DNA from: a virus
Taxonomy: Duplodnaviria; Heunggongvirae; Uroviricota; Caudoviricetes
Length of the DNA stretch: 22,748 bases
Strand: one strand, 5' to 3'
Virus record (IMG/VR): IMGVR_UViG_2534682096_000014
The translations under genes were made by a program, and so were the position numbers. Of this stretch, positions 8,256-17,652 are shown piece after piece. The notes under the pieces were generated by a model. It had not been told where the DNA came from and made no database searches. It saw only the letters and a program-made list of their open reading frames with translations. Numbering within the stretch: the stretch's first letter is position 1; each line of letters opens with the position of its first letter.

Positions 8256-10481
8256 ATGAGTACCACAACACGAAAATTTAAAACCGTTATCACCGATACG
8301 GGTGCAAAAAAATTAGCTCAGGCAGCCGCGCCAGATGGTAAGCCTGTCCGCCTGACTCATATGGCCGTGGGCGACGGTGGCGGCACGTTGCCCACACCAG
8401 ACAGTAAGCAGACCCGTCTGGTGCATGAGGTGTGGCGACATACTGTTAATCGCGTCATCCTGGACGCAACACATCAGAACCGCATTATTGCGGAGCTAGT
8501 TATTCCTCCTGAAACGGGCGGATTCTGGATCCGGGAAATTGGTGTATTTGATGAGCACGGCGATTTAATCGCGGTGGGAAATACTGCCGAAAGTTACAAG
8601 CCAGCCGTTGCCGAAGGGTCCGGTCGTGCACAAACATTTCGCACCATTCTGACCGTATCCAGCACTGCCACCGTGGCGCTTACCGTGGATAACACCATGG
8701 TGATGGCCACAGTGGATTACGTGGATGACAAACTGAAAGAGCATGAACAGTCACGACGTCACCCGGACGCCTCGCTGACCGCAAAAGGCTTTGTTCAACT
8801 CAGTAGCGCCACTAACAGCGTGTCTGAAACGCAGGCTGCAACGCCGAAAGCAGTAAAGGCCGCGTATGATCTTGCTAACGGTAAATATACTGCGCAGGAT
8901 GCCAGCACGACGCGAAAAGGCCTTGTCCAGCTCAGTAGCGCCACCAACAGCACGTCTGAAACGCAGGCTGCAACGCCGAAAGCAGTAAAGGCCGCGTATG
9001 ACCTTGCTAACGCAAAATATACCGCTCAGGACGCTACGACGGCACAAAAAGGGATAGTCCAGCTCAGTAGTGCCACCAACAGCACGTCTGAAACACTGGC
9101 CGCGACATCGAAAGCGGTTAAGGCGGTAATGGATGAAACGAACAAGAAAGCGCCCTTAAACAGTCCTGCGTTGACCGGAACGCCAACAACGCCAACTGCG
9201 CGACAGGGAACGAATAATACCCAAATCGCAAGCACGGCTTTCGTTATGGCTGCGATTGCCGCCCTTGTAGATTCGTCACCTGACGCACTGAATACGCTGA
9301 ACGAGTTAGCGGCGGCGCTGGGAAACGACCCGAATTTTGCGACCACCATGACTAACGCGCTTGCGGGTAAGCAACCGAAAGATGCCACCCTGACGGCGCT
9401 GGCCGGGCTTGCTACTGCGGCAGACAAGTTTCCGTATTTTACGGGGAATGATGTCGCCAGCCTGGCAACCCTGACAAAAGTCGGGCGGGATATTCTTGCG
9501 AAATCGACCGTTGCTGCCGTTATCGAATACCTCGGTTTACAAGAAACGGTAAATCAGGCTTCTGGCGCATTACAGAAAAACCAGAACGGCGCAGATATTC
9601 CAGGAAAAGATACCTTCACAAAAAATATTGGTGCATGTCGCGCTTTTCACAGTGCTATTAGTACAGGGGCAGGGAACTGGACAACGGCACAATTGATTGA
9701 ATGGCTGGATTCTCAAGGGGCATTCAATCACCCATACTGGATGTGCAAATGTTCATGGTCATACGGCAATAATAAAATTATTACCGATACTGGCTGTGGA
9801 ACTATTCATCTTGCAGGTTGCGTTATTGAGGTTATGGGTAATAAAGGTGCCATGACCATCCGTGTAACCACCCCGAGCACTTCCAGCGGTGGCGGAACTA
9901 CTAATGCACAATTTACTTATATAAACCACGGTGGAGATTATGCGCCAGGCTGGCGGCGTGACTACAGTACCAAAAATCAGCAGCCTGCATTTGCTTTAGG
10001 GCAGACAGGAAGCACTGTTGGAAATGACAAAGCTGTTGGATGGAACTCAAATAGCGGCGTTTATAATGCGACTATTAGTGGAGCGTCAACATTGATTCTT
10101 CACTTTAATATGAATGCGGGGAGTTGCCCGGCGGTTCAGTTCCGTGTGAATTATAAGAACGGCGGTATTTATTATCGTTCAGCGCGAGATGGTTATGGAT
10201 TTGAGGCTGACTGGTCAGAGTTTTATACCACAACACGCAAGCCATCAGCAGGAGATGTTGGTGCATATACCAAAGCCGAATCAGATTCTCGCTATGTACG
10301 AGATATTCGCCTGGGCACACGTGTTGTTCAGACTATGCAAAAAGGCGTGATGTATGAGAAATCAGGTCATGCAATTACGGGGCTTGGCATTGTCGGTGAA
10401 GTTGATGGCGATGATCCGGCAGTATTCAGACCAATACAAAAGTTAATTAACGGAACATGGTATAACGTATCGCAGGTATAA
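8256..10481 (+). CDS. H: tail fiber protein H (expressed variant in the current orientation)
   Basis: 741 aa; conserved P2 H-type N-terminus, three tandem 44-aa shaft repeats, variable distal part, conserved extreme C-terminus; the 3' portion lies inside the invertible segment. Confidence 0.85.
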   Translation: MSTTTRKFKTVITDTGAKKLAQAAAPDGKPVRLTHMAVGDGGGTLPTPDSKQTRLVHEVWRHTVNRVILDATHQNRIIAELVIPPETGGFWIREIGVFDEHGDLIAVGNTAESYKPAVAEGSGRAQTFRTILTVSSTATVALTVDNTMVMATVDYVDDKLKEHEQSRRHPDASLTAKGFVQLSSATNSVSETQAATPKAVKAAYDLANGKYTAQDASTTRKGLVQLSSATNSTSETQAATPKAVKAAYDLANAKYTAQDATTAQKGIVQLSSATNSTSETLAATSKAVKAVMDETNKKAPLNSPALTGTPTTPTARQGTNNTQIASTAFVMAAIAALVDSSPDALNTLNELAAALGNDPNFATTMTNALAGKQPKDATLTALAGLATAADKFPYFTGNDVASLATLTKVGRDILAKSTVAAVIEYLGLQETVNQASGALQKNQNGADIPGKDTFTKNIGACRAFHSAISTGAGNWTTAQLIEWLDSQGAFNHPYWMCKCSWSYGNNKIITDTGCGTIHLAGCVIEVMGNKGAMTIRVTTPSTSSGGGTTNAQFTYINHGGDYAPGWRRDYSTKNQQPAFALGQTGSTVGNDKAVGWNSNSGVYNATISGASTLILHFNMNAGSCPAVQFRVNYKNGGIYYRSARDGYGFEADWSEFYTTTRKPSAGDVGAYTKAESDSRYVRDIRLGTRVVQTMQKGVMYEKSGHAITGLGIVGEVDGDDPAVFRPIQKLINGTWYNVSQV
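8787..9182 (+). repeat. tandem coding repeat, 3 x 132 bp (44-aa tail-fiber repeat, third copy diverged)
   Basis: [44 protein letters not shown] repeated with period 132 bp (copies begin at 8787, 8919, 9051). Confidence 0.8.
9520..9601. repeat. left inverted repeat of the invertible segment, including a gix/hix-like crossover site (ttatcgaatacctcggtttacaagaa, 9520..9545)
   Basis: About 71 bp (9531..9601) matches the reverse complement of 12502..12572 at 69/71 positions; the outer 26 bp resembles the recombination sites of Gin/Hin/Cin/Pin systems. Confidence 0.7.
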
Positions 10482-10483
10482 TC

Positions 10484-11017
10484 ATGCAGCATTTAAAAAA
10501 CATTGTCGCAGGTAATCCAAAAACCGTTGAACAATATCAGCTAACAAAGAATTTTAATGTTATCTGGTTATGGTCCGAAGACGGAAAAAACTGGTATGAG
10601 GAAGTGAAAAACTTTCAGGAAGATACAATAAAACTGGCTTACACTGTAGAGGGAATAATTGTTGCTATGGATAAAGATGTATCGGCAATTAATCCAGAAG
10701 GTTTAAGTGTCGTTGAGTTGCCTGATATTACAGCAAATCGCCGGGCTGATATTTCGGGGAAATGGATGTTCAAAGATGGCGTAGTGATAAAGCGAACTTA
10801 TACCGAGGAAGAGCAGAGGCAACAAGCGGAAAATGAAAAGCAAAGCCTGCTACAGCTCGTCAGGGATAAAACACAGCTATGGGACTCACAGCTACGGCTG
10901 GGTATCATTTCCAACGAGAATAAACAAAAATTAACCGAGTGGATGCTCTATGCGCAGAAGGTCGAATCCACAGACACCTCCAGCCTGCCAGTAACGTTTC
11001 CAGAACAACCAGAATGA
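10484..11017 (+). CDS. G: tail fiber assembly chaperone (gpG / Tfa), expressed copy
   Basis: 177 aa immediately after H; N-terminus [20 protein letters not shown]; paralog of the - strand ORF at 11046..11573. Confidence 0.8.
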   Translation: MQHLKNIVAGNPKTVEQYQLTKNFNVIWLWSEDGKNWYEEVKNFQEDTIKLAYTVEGIIVAMDKDVSAINPEGLSVVELPDITANRRADISGKWMFKDGVVIKRTYTEEEQRQQAENEKQSLLQLVRDKTQLWDSQLRLGIISNENKQKLTEWMLYAQKVESTDTSSLPVTFPEQPE

Positions 11018-11020
11018 AAC

Positions 11021-11040
11021 AAGGCCCGCTATCGGGCCTT
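11021..11040. terminator. hairpin between the convergent Tfa genes (aaggcccg ctat cgggcctt, then T-rich on the + strand)
   Basis: 8-bp GC-rich stem followed by aatttttatt; sits at the centre of the invertible segment. Confidence 0.4.
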
Positions 11041-11045
11041 AATTT

Positions 11046-11573
11046 TTATTCAGGCTTTTGTGGCCATTCAGGATTTGCCGTATCCACACGGCTGACCAGA
11101 ACACTATAGCGTTCCCATGACTCCAGTCGTGCGCGTTCCTCATCCGTCGCCATATTCAGCCTGACAGCGCGTTCCAGTGGCTGAATAACGTTTTCTGCTT
11201 CGGAAAGTAACGCGGCCTTTTGTGATTCGGCCTGTTGTTGTTGCTCGTCTGCCGTATAAATCCGTTTAACCACAGCTCCGTCCTTAAACATCCACTTACC
11301 GGAATCATCAGCACGACGATTAGCTGTAATATCAGGAACCTCAACGACGCTATAACCTTCAGGGTTAAGCGTGGAGGCATCTTTGGTGATGGCGACAATA
11401 ATATTATTTGCATCGTAAACAATCTTTATTGTGTCTGGCTGAAAGTTTTTCACTTCCTCATACCAGTTTTTTCCGTCTTCGGACCATAACCAGATAACAT
11501 CAAAATTCTTTGTTAGCTGATATTGTTCAACGGTTTTTGGATTACCTGACTTAATGTTTTTTAAATGCTGCAT
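11046..11573 (-). CDS. alternative tail fiber assembly chaperone (Tfa'), silent cassette partner
   Basis: 175 aa; first ~45 residues nearly identical to G, C-terminal third diverged; convergent with G. Confidence 0.8.
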   Translation of the reverse strand: MQHLKNIKSGNPKTVEQYQLTKNFDVIWLWSEDGKNWYEEVKNFQPDTIKIVYDANNIIVAITKDASTLNPEGYSVVEVPDITANRRADDSGKWMFKDGAVVKRIYTADEQQQQAESQKAALLSEAENVIQPLERAVRLNMATDEERARLESWERYSVLVSRVDTANPEWPQKPE

Positions 11574-11576
11574 AAT

Positions 11577-12566
11577 TTACACCTGCGCAACGTTATACCA
11601 TGTGCCATTGATGTATTTTTGTATTGGTCTGAATACTGCTGGGTCATCACCATCAACTTCACCGACAATACCAAGCCCCGTGATTACATGGCCTGATTTT
11701 TCATACATCACGCCTTTTTGCATGGTCTGAACAACACGTGTGCCAAGTCTGACATCTCTCACATAGCGGGAATCAAAGTTACCGTAATCCGAGGGGTTAA
11801 CACGCCCTGTAATATTTATGGTTTTATTACTTTGAATGCTGCCGGAGACAAAGCGCATAACATGGACGTTATTAGCATAAACATCCAGATACCCGTCGCC
11901 ATTTTGTTTAAATCCCGTGTCATTATCACCCAAAACAATCGAGTTACCGCCAAGAGCACTGGATGTTCCGATACCCAATGCACCATTCAATTGACCGCCA
12001 GATAATGACAACGCCCCAACCTCAGCAGCAGTCGGTTTAATGTGCGAACTGTAAATTACATATACAGTTCCATCTGTCAGGCCTGTTGGTTTATTCGCTG
12101 TATAAGTTGGTGATGTATGAATTTGTACAGTTGCATCCTTTGTATAATCCCACTGGATATTAACACCTGTGGCGTAATTACCTATTTCTACATAAATGTC
12201 ATAGGTATCACCGGATGTATTCACCCATGCAAAATTAGTAAATCCAACCGAGGTCCGTCGCCATAATGCACCAGTAAGACCTTTTGGATTTCCATTTCCC
12301 GCACGAAGAACAAGTTCAGATATACCAGCCTGCATAGGGGAGTTAACATTATATCCAGCACCACCAATCAGACTTATGTAAACCACGGAACTGGCTTGTG
12401 GCATTGTTACAGTTGCCAGTTTGAACCATCCAGCACCACCACTAAAAGACATGGTTGTTGAATTTGTTGTGCCGATATTACGCAGGAATAGTTTTTTATC
12501 GGGAATATCTGCGCCGTTCTGGTTTTTCTGTAATGCGCCAGAAGCCTGATTTACCGTTTCCTGCAA
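11577..12566 (-). CDS. alternative tail fiber C-terminal cassette (H'), promoterless in this orientation
   Basis: Begins inside the right inverted repeat with the same [21 protein letters not shown] junction as H residues ~428-448 (the apparent start is a TTG continuing an upstream reading frame); conserved C-terminal ~60 aa, different middle region. Confidence 0.75.
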   Translation of the reverse strand: MQETVNQASGALQKNQNGADIPDKKLFLRNIGTTNSTTMSFSGGAGWFKLATVTMPQASSVVYISLIGGAGYNVNSPMQAGISELVLRAGNGNPKGLTGALWRRTSVGFTNFAWVNTSGDTYDIYVEIGNYATGVNIQWDYTKDATVQIHTSPTYTANKPTGLTDGTVYVIYSSHIKPTAAEVGALSLSGGQLNGALGIGTSSALGGNSIVLGDNDTGFKQNGDGYLDVYANNVHVMRFVSGSIQSNKTINITGRVNPSDYGNFDSRYVRDVRLGTRVVQTMQKGVMYEKSGHVITGLGIVGEVDGDDPAVFRPIQKYINGTWYNVAQV

Positions 12567-12583
12567 ACCGAGGTTTTAGATAA
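12502..12583. repeat. right inverted repeat of the invertible segment, including a gix/hix-like crossover site (ttcctgcaaaccgaggttttagataa, 12558..12583)
   Basis: Reverse complement matches 9531..9601; the outer site is a near-palindromic 26-mer. Confidence 0.7.
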
Positions 12584-12637
12584 TGGCTGTTTCTGACCTG
12601 CATGGCATGATTTACGCTTTTGGACGGGAGATTCAGC

Positions 12638-13225
12638 GTGCTGATTGGCTATGTAAGGGTATCAACAAATGACCAGAATACAGACCTGCAACGAAACGCT
12701 CTTGTTTGTGCAGGATGTGAACAAATATTTGAAGATAAATTAAGCGGGACAAAGACAGACCGACCGGGATTAAAACGCGCTTTAAAGCGTCTTCAAAAAG
12801 GTGACACGCTGGTTGTCTGGAAACTGGATCGCCTCGGGCGAAGCATGAAACATCTGATTTCTCTCGTCGGGGAACTACGGGAGCGAGGGATTAATTTTCG
12901 CAGTCTGACCGACAGCATAGATACATCTTCTCCAATGGGGCGTTTTTTCTTCCACGTGATGGGTGCCCTGGCTGAAATGGAACGTGAATTAATTGTTGAA
13001 CGTACACTGGCCGGACTGGCGGCAGCGCGCGCACGGGGGCGCACAGGCGGACGTCGACCGAAGCTGACAAAAGAACAGCATGAGCAAATAGCAAGGCTGA
13101 TTAAAAACGGTCACGACAGAAAACAACTGGCAATAATTTACGGCATTGGTACATCGACGATTTATCGTTACCACCCCGCAGGAGAATCAAGCGGAACAAT
13201 AGAGAAGAGTCAGAAAACAAAATAA
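12638..13225 (+). CDS. DNA invertase, serine recombinase of the Pin/Gin/Hin/Cin family
   Basis: VLIGYVRVSTNDQNTDLQRNAL... with the catalytic-Ser motif and a C-terminal HTH; GTG 12638 preceded by GGAG; the ORF track starts at TTG 12620. Immediately adjacent to the invertible segment. Confidence 0.85.
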   Translation: MLIGYVRVSTNDQNTDLQRNALVCAGCEQIFEDKLSGTKTDRPGLKRALKRLQKGDTLVVWKLDRLGRSMKHLISLVGELRERGINFRSLTDSIDTSSPMGRFFFHVMGALAEMERELIVERTLAGLAAARARGRTGGRRPKLTKEQHEQIARLIKNGHDRKQLAIIYGIGTSTIYRYHPAGESSGTIEKSQKTK

Positions 13226-13252
13226 CCGCTAATCTGGCCATTAGCGGTTTTT
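13226..13252. terminator. hairpin + T-run after the invertase stop, possibly bidirectional (also downstream of U on the - strand)
   Basis: ccgctaat ctggcc attagcgg followed by ttttt. Confidence 0.5.
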
Positions 13253-13260
13253 GTGTTAAA

Positions 13261-13749
13261 TCAGAACAGCCCTTTAACTGAACTGGCCGCGCTGTTAAGA
13301 GATGATGTCACCTTATCTTTGAAGCCGGACAGCATATCGCTGAATGATGAGGATTGCAGGCGTTCCCGCAAATCCTCATCACAGCGTTCAAGGGTCAGTG
13401 AAAATTCTATCTTTTTCGCCTTACCGTAGCGATCAAACTCGGAACGGGTCGTATTCGTTTCAGTCAGCACATACATGCCGTAAATCTGCCCGACACTATC
13501 AATCAGAGGCCAGGGGCGTCCTGTATACGCCTGCGTGGTCAGCAGCGACAGCGACACTTCGCCACCTGTAATTTCAGGATAAAGCACACCAGAAAGAACG
13601 ATGCGATCATCACCTGCACCGATATACTGCCAGCTTGCTGAACGGTTAACGCGTTCATTTTTCACATGCCGCCAGCTTTTGTTTTGCTGTAACTGCTGAT
13701 GCGGCAACGTGCGCAGCTCAAAAACAAACATGCCGTAGATCATCATCAT
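13261..13749 (-). CDS. U: tail protein U (gpU-like)
   Basis: MMMIYGMFVFELRTLP...VLSGVLYPE..GG resembles P2 gpU; start chosen at the ATG 8 nt after GAGGAG; ORF track start is 13755. Confidence 0.8.
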   Translation of the reverse strand: MMMIYGMFVFELRTLPHQQLQQNKSWRHVKNERVNRSASWQYIGAGDDRIVLSGVLYPEITGGEVSLSLLTTQAYTGRPWPLIDSVGQIYGMYVLTETNTTRSEFDRYGKAKKIEFSLTLERCDEDLRERLQSSSFSDMLSGFKDKVTSSLNSAASSVKGLF

Positions 13750-13761
13750 GGCCATGACTCC

Positions 13762-16605
13762 TCAATCTTTATCGTAAAAACTGCCACGCCCGGCACGGGC
13801 ACGCCGTTCCATTTCTGCCCTGACCATTTCACCGACCAGTTTCGCCAGTTCGCGGGGATTCTGCGTAACAACGTTATGCAGATGAACATGAATTTCACCA
13901 CCAAATCCGGAGGCAACAGGCTCCCGGTTACGGGAAGTTACAGGAACTGATGCCACTGGAGATCGTATGGCCTCCGCCACCGGGCGGGAGCTGGCCGCAA
14001 CAACAGGGACCAGCGCCGGAGGCAGCGGAGCCGGGACCACGGGGGTGATATTAATTGCGGGGGCAGGCTTACTGACCTGCGCAATCTTCCGCTCCTGCCA
14101 CTCCCCACGAACAGCAAGTGCGCGGGGCAGGTTCTTAAAGACAATATCGCCGGGGCCAATGCGTTTTTTCGTCTCATCAACCAGCTTACCTGTGTTATCA
14201 GCAATTTTGCTGAGTCTGCGTAGCGTCCCGGTATTGCTGTCTGTGAGCGGTTTGTTGTCTTTGGGTTTATCACCTCCGGTGCCATTGCCATTTTCCACAG
14301 GCTTCGGCGGATTGATTTTCGCCAGGTCCCCCTGAAGTAAGGCAACCTTGTCCTGAAGAATGGCCGCACGCTGTGCATCTTCGATTTTCTTGCGCGCCCT
14401 TTCCGCTTCATCCGGAAGGACGCCAAGTTTTTCAAGTATCCACGCCAGCGTATCCAGTAGCATTTTTGCAGGTGTCAGAACAAGTTGTAACGCACCGCCA
14501 AGAACGTTACCGAATATCTCGCCAGCACTGGTACATTTATCCAGCGTTTCCTTGCTGGACTCCATCGGTGACAACAGCGATTTAAACCAGTTAAACACCT
14601 GGCTGATCCCGCTTCCGATTGCGTCAAAAACAGGACCAAACCGTTCAAAGGTTTCGCGCAACGGGGTCAGCCTTTCCATAATCCCGCTGAACACCCCGGC
14701 AAAAAATGCCCTGATGGGATCCCAGTATTTCCAGATAAGAACGGCAGCTCCGGCAAGCGCAGCCACGATAAGACCAACCGGACTGAACAGCGCTCCGATA
14801 GCGCCTCCCAGCAAAGAAACGGAACCCGTCAGCATTCCCCACAGCGCAGGCAACACCCTGACGACATTCATTGACCGGGTAAGAATGTCAAAACCAAGAC
14901 GCAGGGTGGCCAGCTTTCCGTAAAGCACCCCAATAACCAGCGACAACGAGCCAATCGTTGCAGTCATTGCCAGCAACGCACCGCCTGCTATCAGTAGCTG
15001 GCGTGTCAGTACCGGATGGGCCTGCGCCAGCGAGGTGATTTTTTCAAGCACCCGCGTGAGCCACTGCGTGACAGAACGCAGCGGACCGTCAACCAGATCA
15101 CTGATGCGAATACGAAGACCTTCCCATGCGCTGTCGAGATTTTTCAGGTCCCCATCAAGATTATCGGCCATTACTTTTGCAACGCGATCGGCCTCTCCCT
15201 TTGCCCCCTGCAATTCTCTGGTCAGTTTTTGCAGCTCTCCTGAACCAGCCGCCGCAACAAGCGTCTGCAAACCAACGAACGCCTCTTCTCCGGCGATGTC
15301 CTTGAAGAAGGAAACCTGGTCCACCTGTCCGTATTTTTGTGTCGCCTTATAGAGATCAAGCAGCACATCCTCCATCGGGCGCATTTTGCCTCTGGCGTCA
15401 GCAACTGACACCCCCAGCTCTTTCAGCGCATCAGCCGCAGCTTTTGGCGGTGATGCTAGGCGGGACAGACTTGCGCGCATGGCCGTACCAGCATCGCTTC
15501 CGCGAAGACCATTATTGGCAAGCATCCCGGCCATGGCCGTCGCTTCTTCAAGACTGATACCAAGTTTTGCGGCAACCGGACCGGTATACTTCATGGTTTC
15601 GCCCAGCGCGCGTAAATCAGTATTGGTCCGGGTGAATGCTGCTGTCAGCGTATCGCCAACCCGGTCCATTTGATCGGCTGTCAGGTTGAACTGTGTGAGG
15701 ATATTGGAGCCTATATCAGCCGTCTCGCCGAGTTCGACGCCACCTGCCAGCGCCATATTAAGAACACCGGGCAATGCGGCCTGAATGGCCTGCGGAGTAA
15801 AACCAGCCATTGCCAGAAAGCTCTGCCCACTGGCGGCATCACTCGCAGTAAACTGTGTTTCAGAGCCAAGTTTTAACGCCTGCTCACGCAGCGCCTTAAA
15901 CTGCGGGCTGTTTTTGTCGATTCGCGTCAGTGCCTGAACGCGGGACATCTCTTTGCCGAACCCGATCGCAGGCTGCAAAAAACGCCCGGCAGCATAGCCG
16001 CCAGCCGCTGCCGCACCAATTGCCAGCGCACCACCTGTTTTCAGTTTTCCCGCGTTTTCCTGCGCGCGCGAATACCGCTCACGCGCCCGCGTTACACGCG
16101 CAAGCGCCTGCCGTTCGCGTTCAAGCTGGTTGTTGTACTGTTCGGTGCGTCTGATGGCCTGCTGGATGGTGTTATCGCTGCCTGTCAGGGAAATGCCGTG
16201 GCGTTTCAGCTCTCCGCCAAGCTCCCGCATTTTCTGAATTTCCCGTGTGCGCGATTCATTCAGGCGTTCAAGCCGGGTGCTTAACTGCTGCATCAGCTTT
16301 TGTTGTTTTTCGCTGAGCACTGTACCCGTGCGTTGTAACTGATTAAGGGCGTTAAGCTGGCGTCGTGCTTTCACGATGCCCGCATCCGCTTTACTGACAG
16401 CGTCACGGGCGCGCTCAAATGATCGCGCCTGACGCTCGAGATTTTTGATCGCCCCCTGCGTTCGCTGGATGGAGTCACCAAACTGCCCCATCAGGCGGCG
16501 GGCGTTTTCGGCAGGCCGGGTCAGCCTGTCAACGGCGCTGAAAGCGACCCGGATATCAAGAGTCTTCATTGTCTGCATTCCCGCTGCGAAGTGCCGCCCG
16601 CTCAC
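13762..16605 (-). CDS. T: tail tape measure protein (gpT-like)
   Basis: 947 aa, Ala/Gly-rich with coiled-coil N-terminal part and hydrophobic central segments; lies between E/E' and U. Confidence 0.85.
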   Translation of the reverse strand: MSGRHFAAGMQTMKTLDIRVAFSAVDRLTRPAENARRLMGQFGDSIQRTQGAIKNLERQARSFERARDAVSKADAGIVKARRQLNALNQLQRTGTVLSEKQQKLMQQLSTRLERLNESRTREIQKMRELGGELKRHGISLTGSDNTIQQAIRRTEQYNNQLERERQALARVTRARERYSRAQENAGKLKTGGALAIGAAAAGGYAAGRFLQPAIGFGKEMSRVQALTRIDKNSPQFKALREQALKLGSETQFTASDAASGQSFLAMAGFTPQAIQAALPGVLNMALAGGVELGETADIGSNILTQFNLTADQMDRVGDTLTAAFTRTNTDLRALGETMKYTGPVAAKLGISLEEATAMAGMLANNGLRGSDAGTAMRASLSRLASPPKAAADALKELGVSVADARGKMRPMEDVLLDLYKATQKYGQVDQVSFFKDIAGEEAFVGLQTLVAAAGSGELQKLTRELQGAKGEADRVAKVMADNLDGDLKNLDSAWEGLRIRISDLVDGPLRSVTQWLTRVLEKITSLAQAHPVLTRQLLIAGGALLAMTATIGSLSLVIGVLYGKLATLRLGFDILTRSMNVVRVLPALWGMLTGSVSLLGGAIGALFSPVGLIVAALAGAAVLIWKYWDPIRAFFAGVFSGIMERLTPLRETFERFGPVFDAIGSGISQVFNWFKSLLSPMESSKETLDKCTSAGEIFGNVLGGALQLVLTPAKMLLDTLAWILEKLGVLPDEAERARKKIEDAQRAAILQDKVALLQGDLAKINPPKPVENGNGTGGDKPKDNKPLTDSNTGTLRRLSKIADNTGKLVDETKKRIGPGDIVFKNLPRALAVRGEWQERKIAQVSKPAPAINITPVVPAPLPPALVPVVAASSRPVAEAIRSPVASVPVTSRNREPVASGFGGEIHVHLHNVVTQNPRELAKLVGEMVRAEMERRARAGRGSFYDKD

Positions 16606-17085
16606 GCCAGCTAACCACTTCGCCGGGCGTCATCATGAAGATTTCGGCGGGCGACCAGTTAAAAATGGCGGCAATATCCGCCACAAAGTCTTCTATGTGC
16701 TCAAAGCACACAACCGTGATCAGGCTTCCGTCGCCTGTTCGTTCTTCCCGCCAGAGTCCGCACCGCTCAAAAAATTTACGGCAACCACACATAACTGAAT
16801 AAAGTCACGGGATGCCATTTTTTTGATCGTCACTTCATCCAGTCGCGGTGATGTCACGCGTGACAGCAGCGTAAACATGGATTCCGCTTTCAGATTCAGC
16901 ACATCAGACAGCGACAAATCTCGCAGAGATCCAGCCTGCTCAATAGCCCCGGTGATCTCCACATACGTGATTTTTTCGCCGCCTCGCTCAATTGGTTGGG
17001 TAAGTTTTACGCCACGCTCACTGGTTTCTTTCACAGTGTCAGTAACTACCGTGTTTTCGGTATCGATGTTTTTCGTCTCTTTCAT
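16556..17085 (-). CDS. tail assembly chaperone E+E', product of a -1 programmed translational frameshift
   Basis: After slipping at the heptamer the -1 frame reads FFERCGLWREERTGDGSL..., which is the C-terminal part of ORF 16556..16792; this is the conserved G/GT-type arrangement upstream of the tape measure gene. Confidence 0.6.
16720..17085 (-). CDS. E: tail assembly chaperone E (gpE-like), zero-frame product
   Basis: 121 aa ORF upstream of T; contains the TTTTTTG slippery heptamer near its 3' end. Confidence 0.7.
   Translation of the reverse strand: MKETKNIDTENTVVTDTVKETSERGVKLTQPIERGGEKITYVEITGAIEQAGSLRDLSLSDVLNLKAESMFTLLSRVTSPRLDEVTIKKMASRDFIQLCVVAVNFLSGADSGGKNEQATEA
16768..16774 (-). 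other. slippery heptamer TTTTTTG (seen as caaaaaa on the + strand) for the E/E' -1 frameshift
   Basis: Direct reading of the minus strand: gta aat ttt ttg agc. Confidence 0.6.
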
Positions 17086-17139
17086 CAGGAAACTCCTTTC
17101 AGTCAGAGGCGACGCACTGCGCCGCCTGCATATTACTTA

Positions 17140-17652
17140 TCAGCCAAGCCCGAGCGCGGAACGGATGCGATCGGGCACAATGTCCTTGCCGTCCTTCCGG
17201 TAAATGAAGTTCAGCAGGTCAATCTCCCACAACGGGCGATCGTTAACACTCAGCTTGTAGTAGGTGTTTTTAATGGCGTAAGTGTGTGATGTGGCTTCGC
17301 CCTGTTTGGCTTCCCCCATATCAATTTCCGTCACACGTCCGCGCATTTCGACTTCATACAGGTCGCTTTCTGCATCGGTGTAGTATTCACCCGCAAAACG
17401 CAGCAGCGTGCCGTCAATCGTGCCGCCATACTTAAGGAACAGCTCACGAACTGCGCCCCCCATGACAAAGCTCGCATCAAGCGCGGAGTCGTCCAGACCG
17501 AGATCAATACTTACCGCACCCATCATGCCACCACCCCGGTAGCTGTCGGTTTTGCGCGTCAGCTTAGGCAGAGTGACGGACGTCACCTTACCCACTTCGT
17601 TTTCACCATCCACAAACAGCGTAAAAAAGCGAAGATGTTTTGGTACAGCCAT
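17140..17652 (-). CDS. FII: tail tube protein (gpFII-like)
   Basis: 170 aa, position and size as P2 FII; follows FI. Confidence 0.85.
   Translation of the reverse strand: MAVPKHLRFFTLFVDGENEVGKVTSVTLPKLTRKTDSYRGGGMMGAVSIDLGLDDSALDASFVMGGAVRELFLKYGGTIDGTLLRFAGEYYTDAESDLYEVEMRGRVTEIDMGEAKQGEATSHTYAIKNTYYKLSVNDRPLWEIDLLNFIYRKDGKDIVPDRIRSALGLG

Larger units (their letters stand above)
9534..12570. other. invertible tail-fiber DNA segment (Mu G / P1 C / e14 P-segment type), about 3.0 kb
   Basis: Bounded by the inverted repeats; carries H 3' variable end + G on the + strand and an alternative H C-terminal cassette + alternative G on the - strand, with the invertase gene adjacent. Confidence 0.7.

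Noticed and set aside
8787-9182. Possible CRISPR array suggested by regular repeats
   Set aside because: The repeats are in-frame 132-bp coding units of the tail fiber without unique spacers; no CRISPR-like repeat-spacer structure is seen anywhere in the window.
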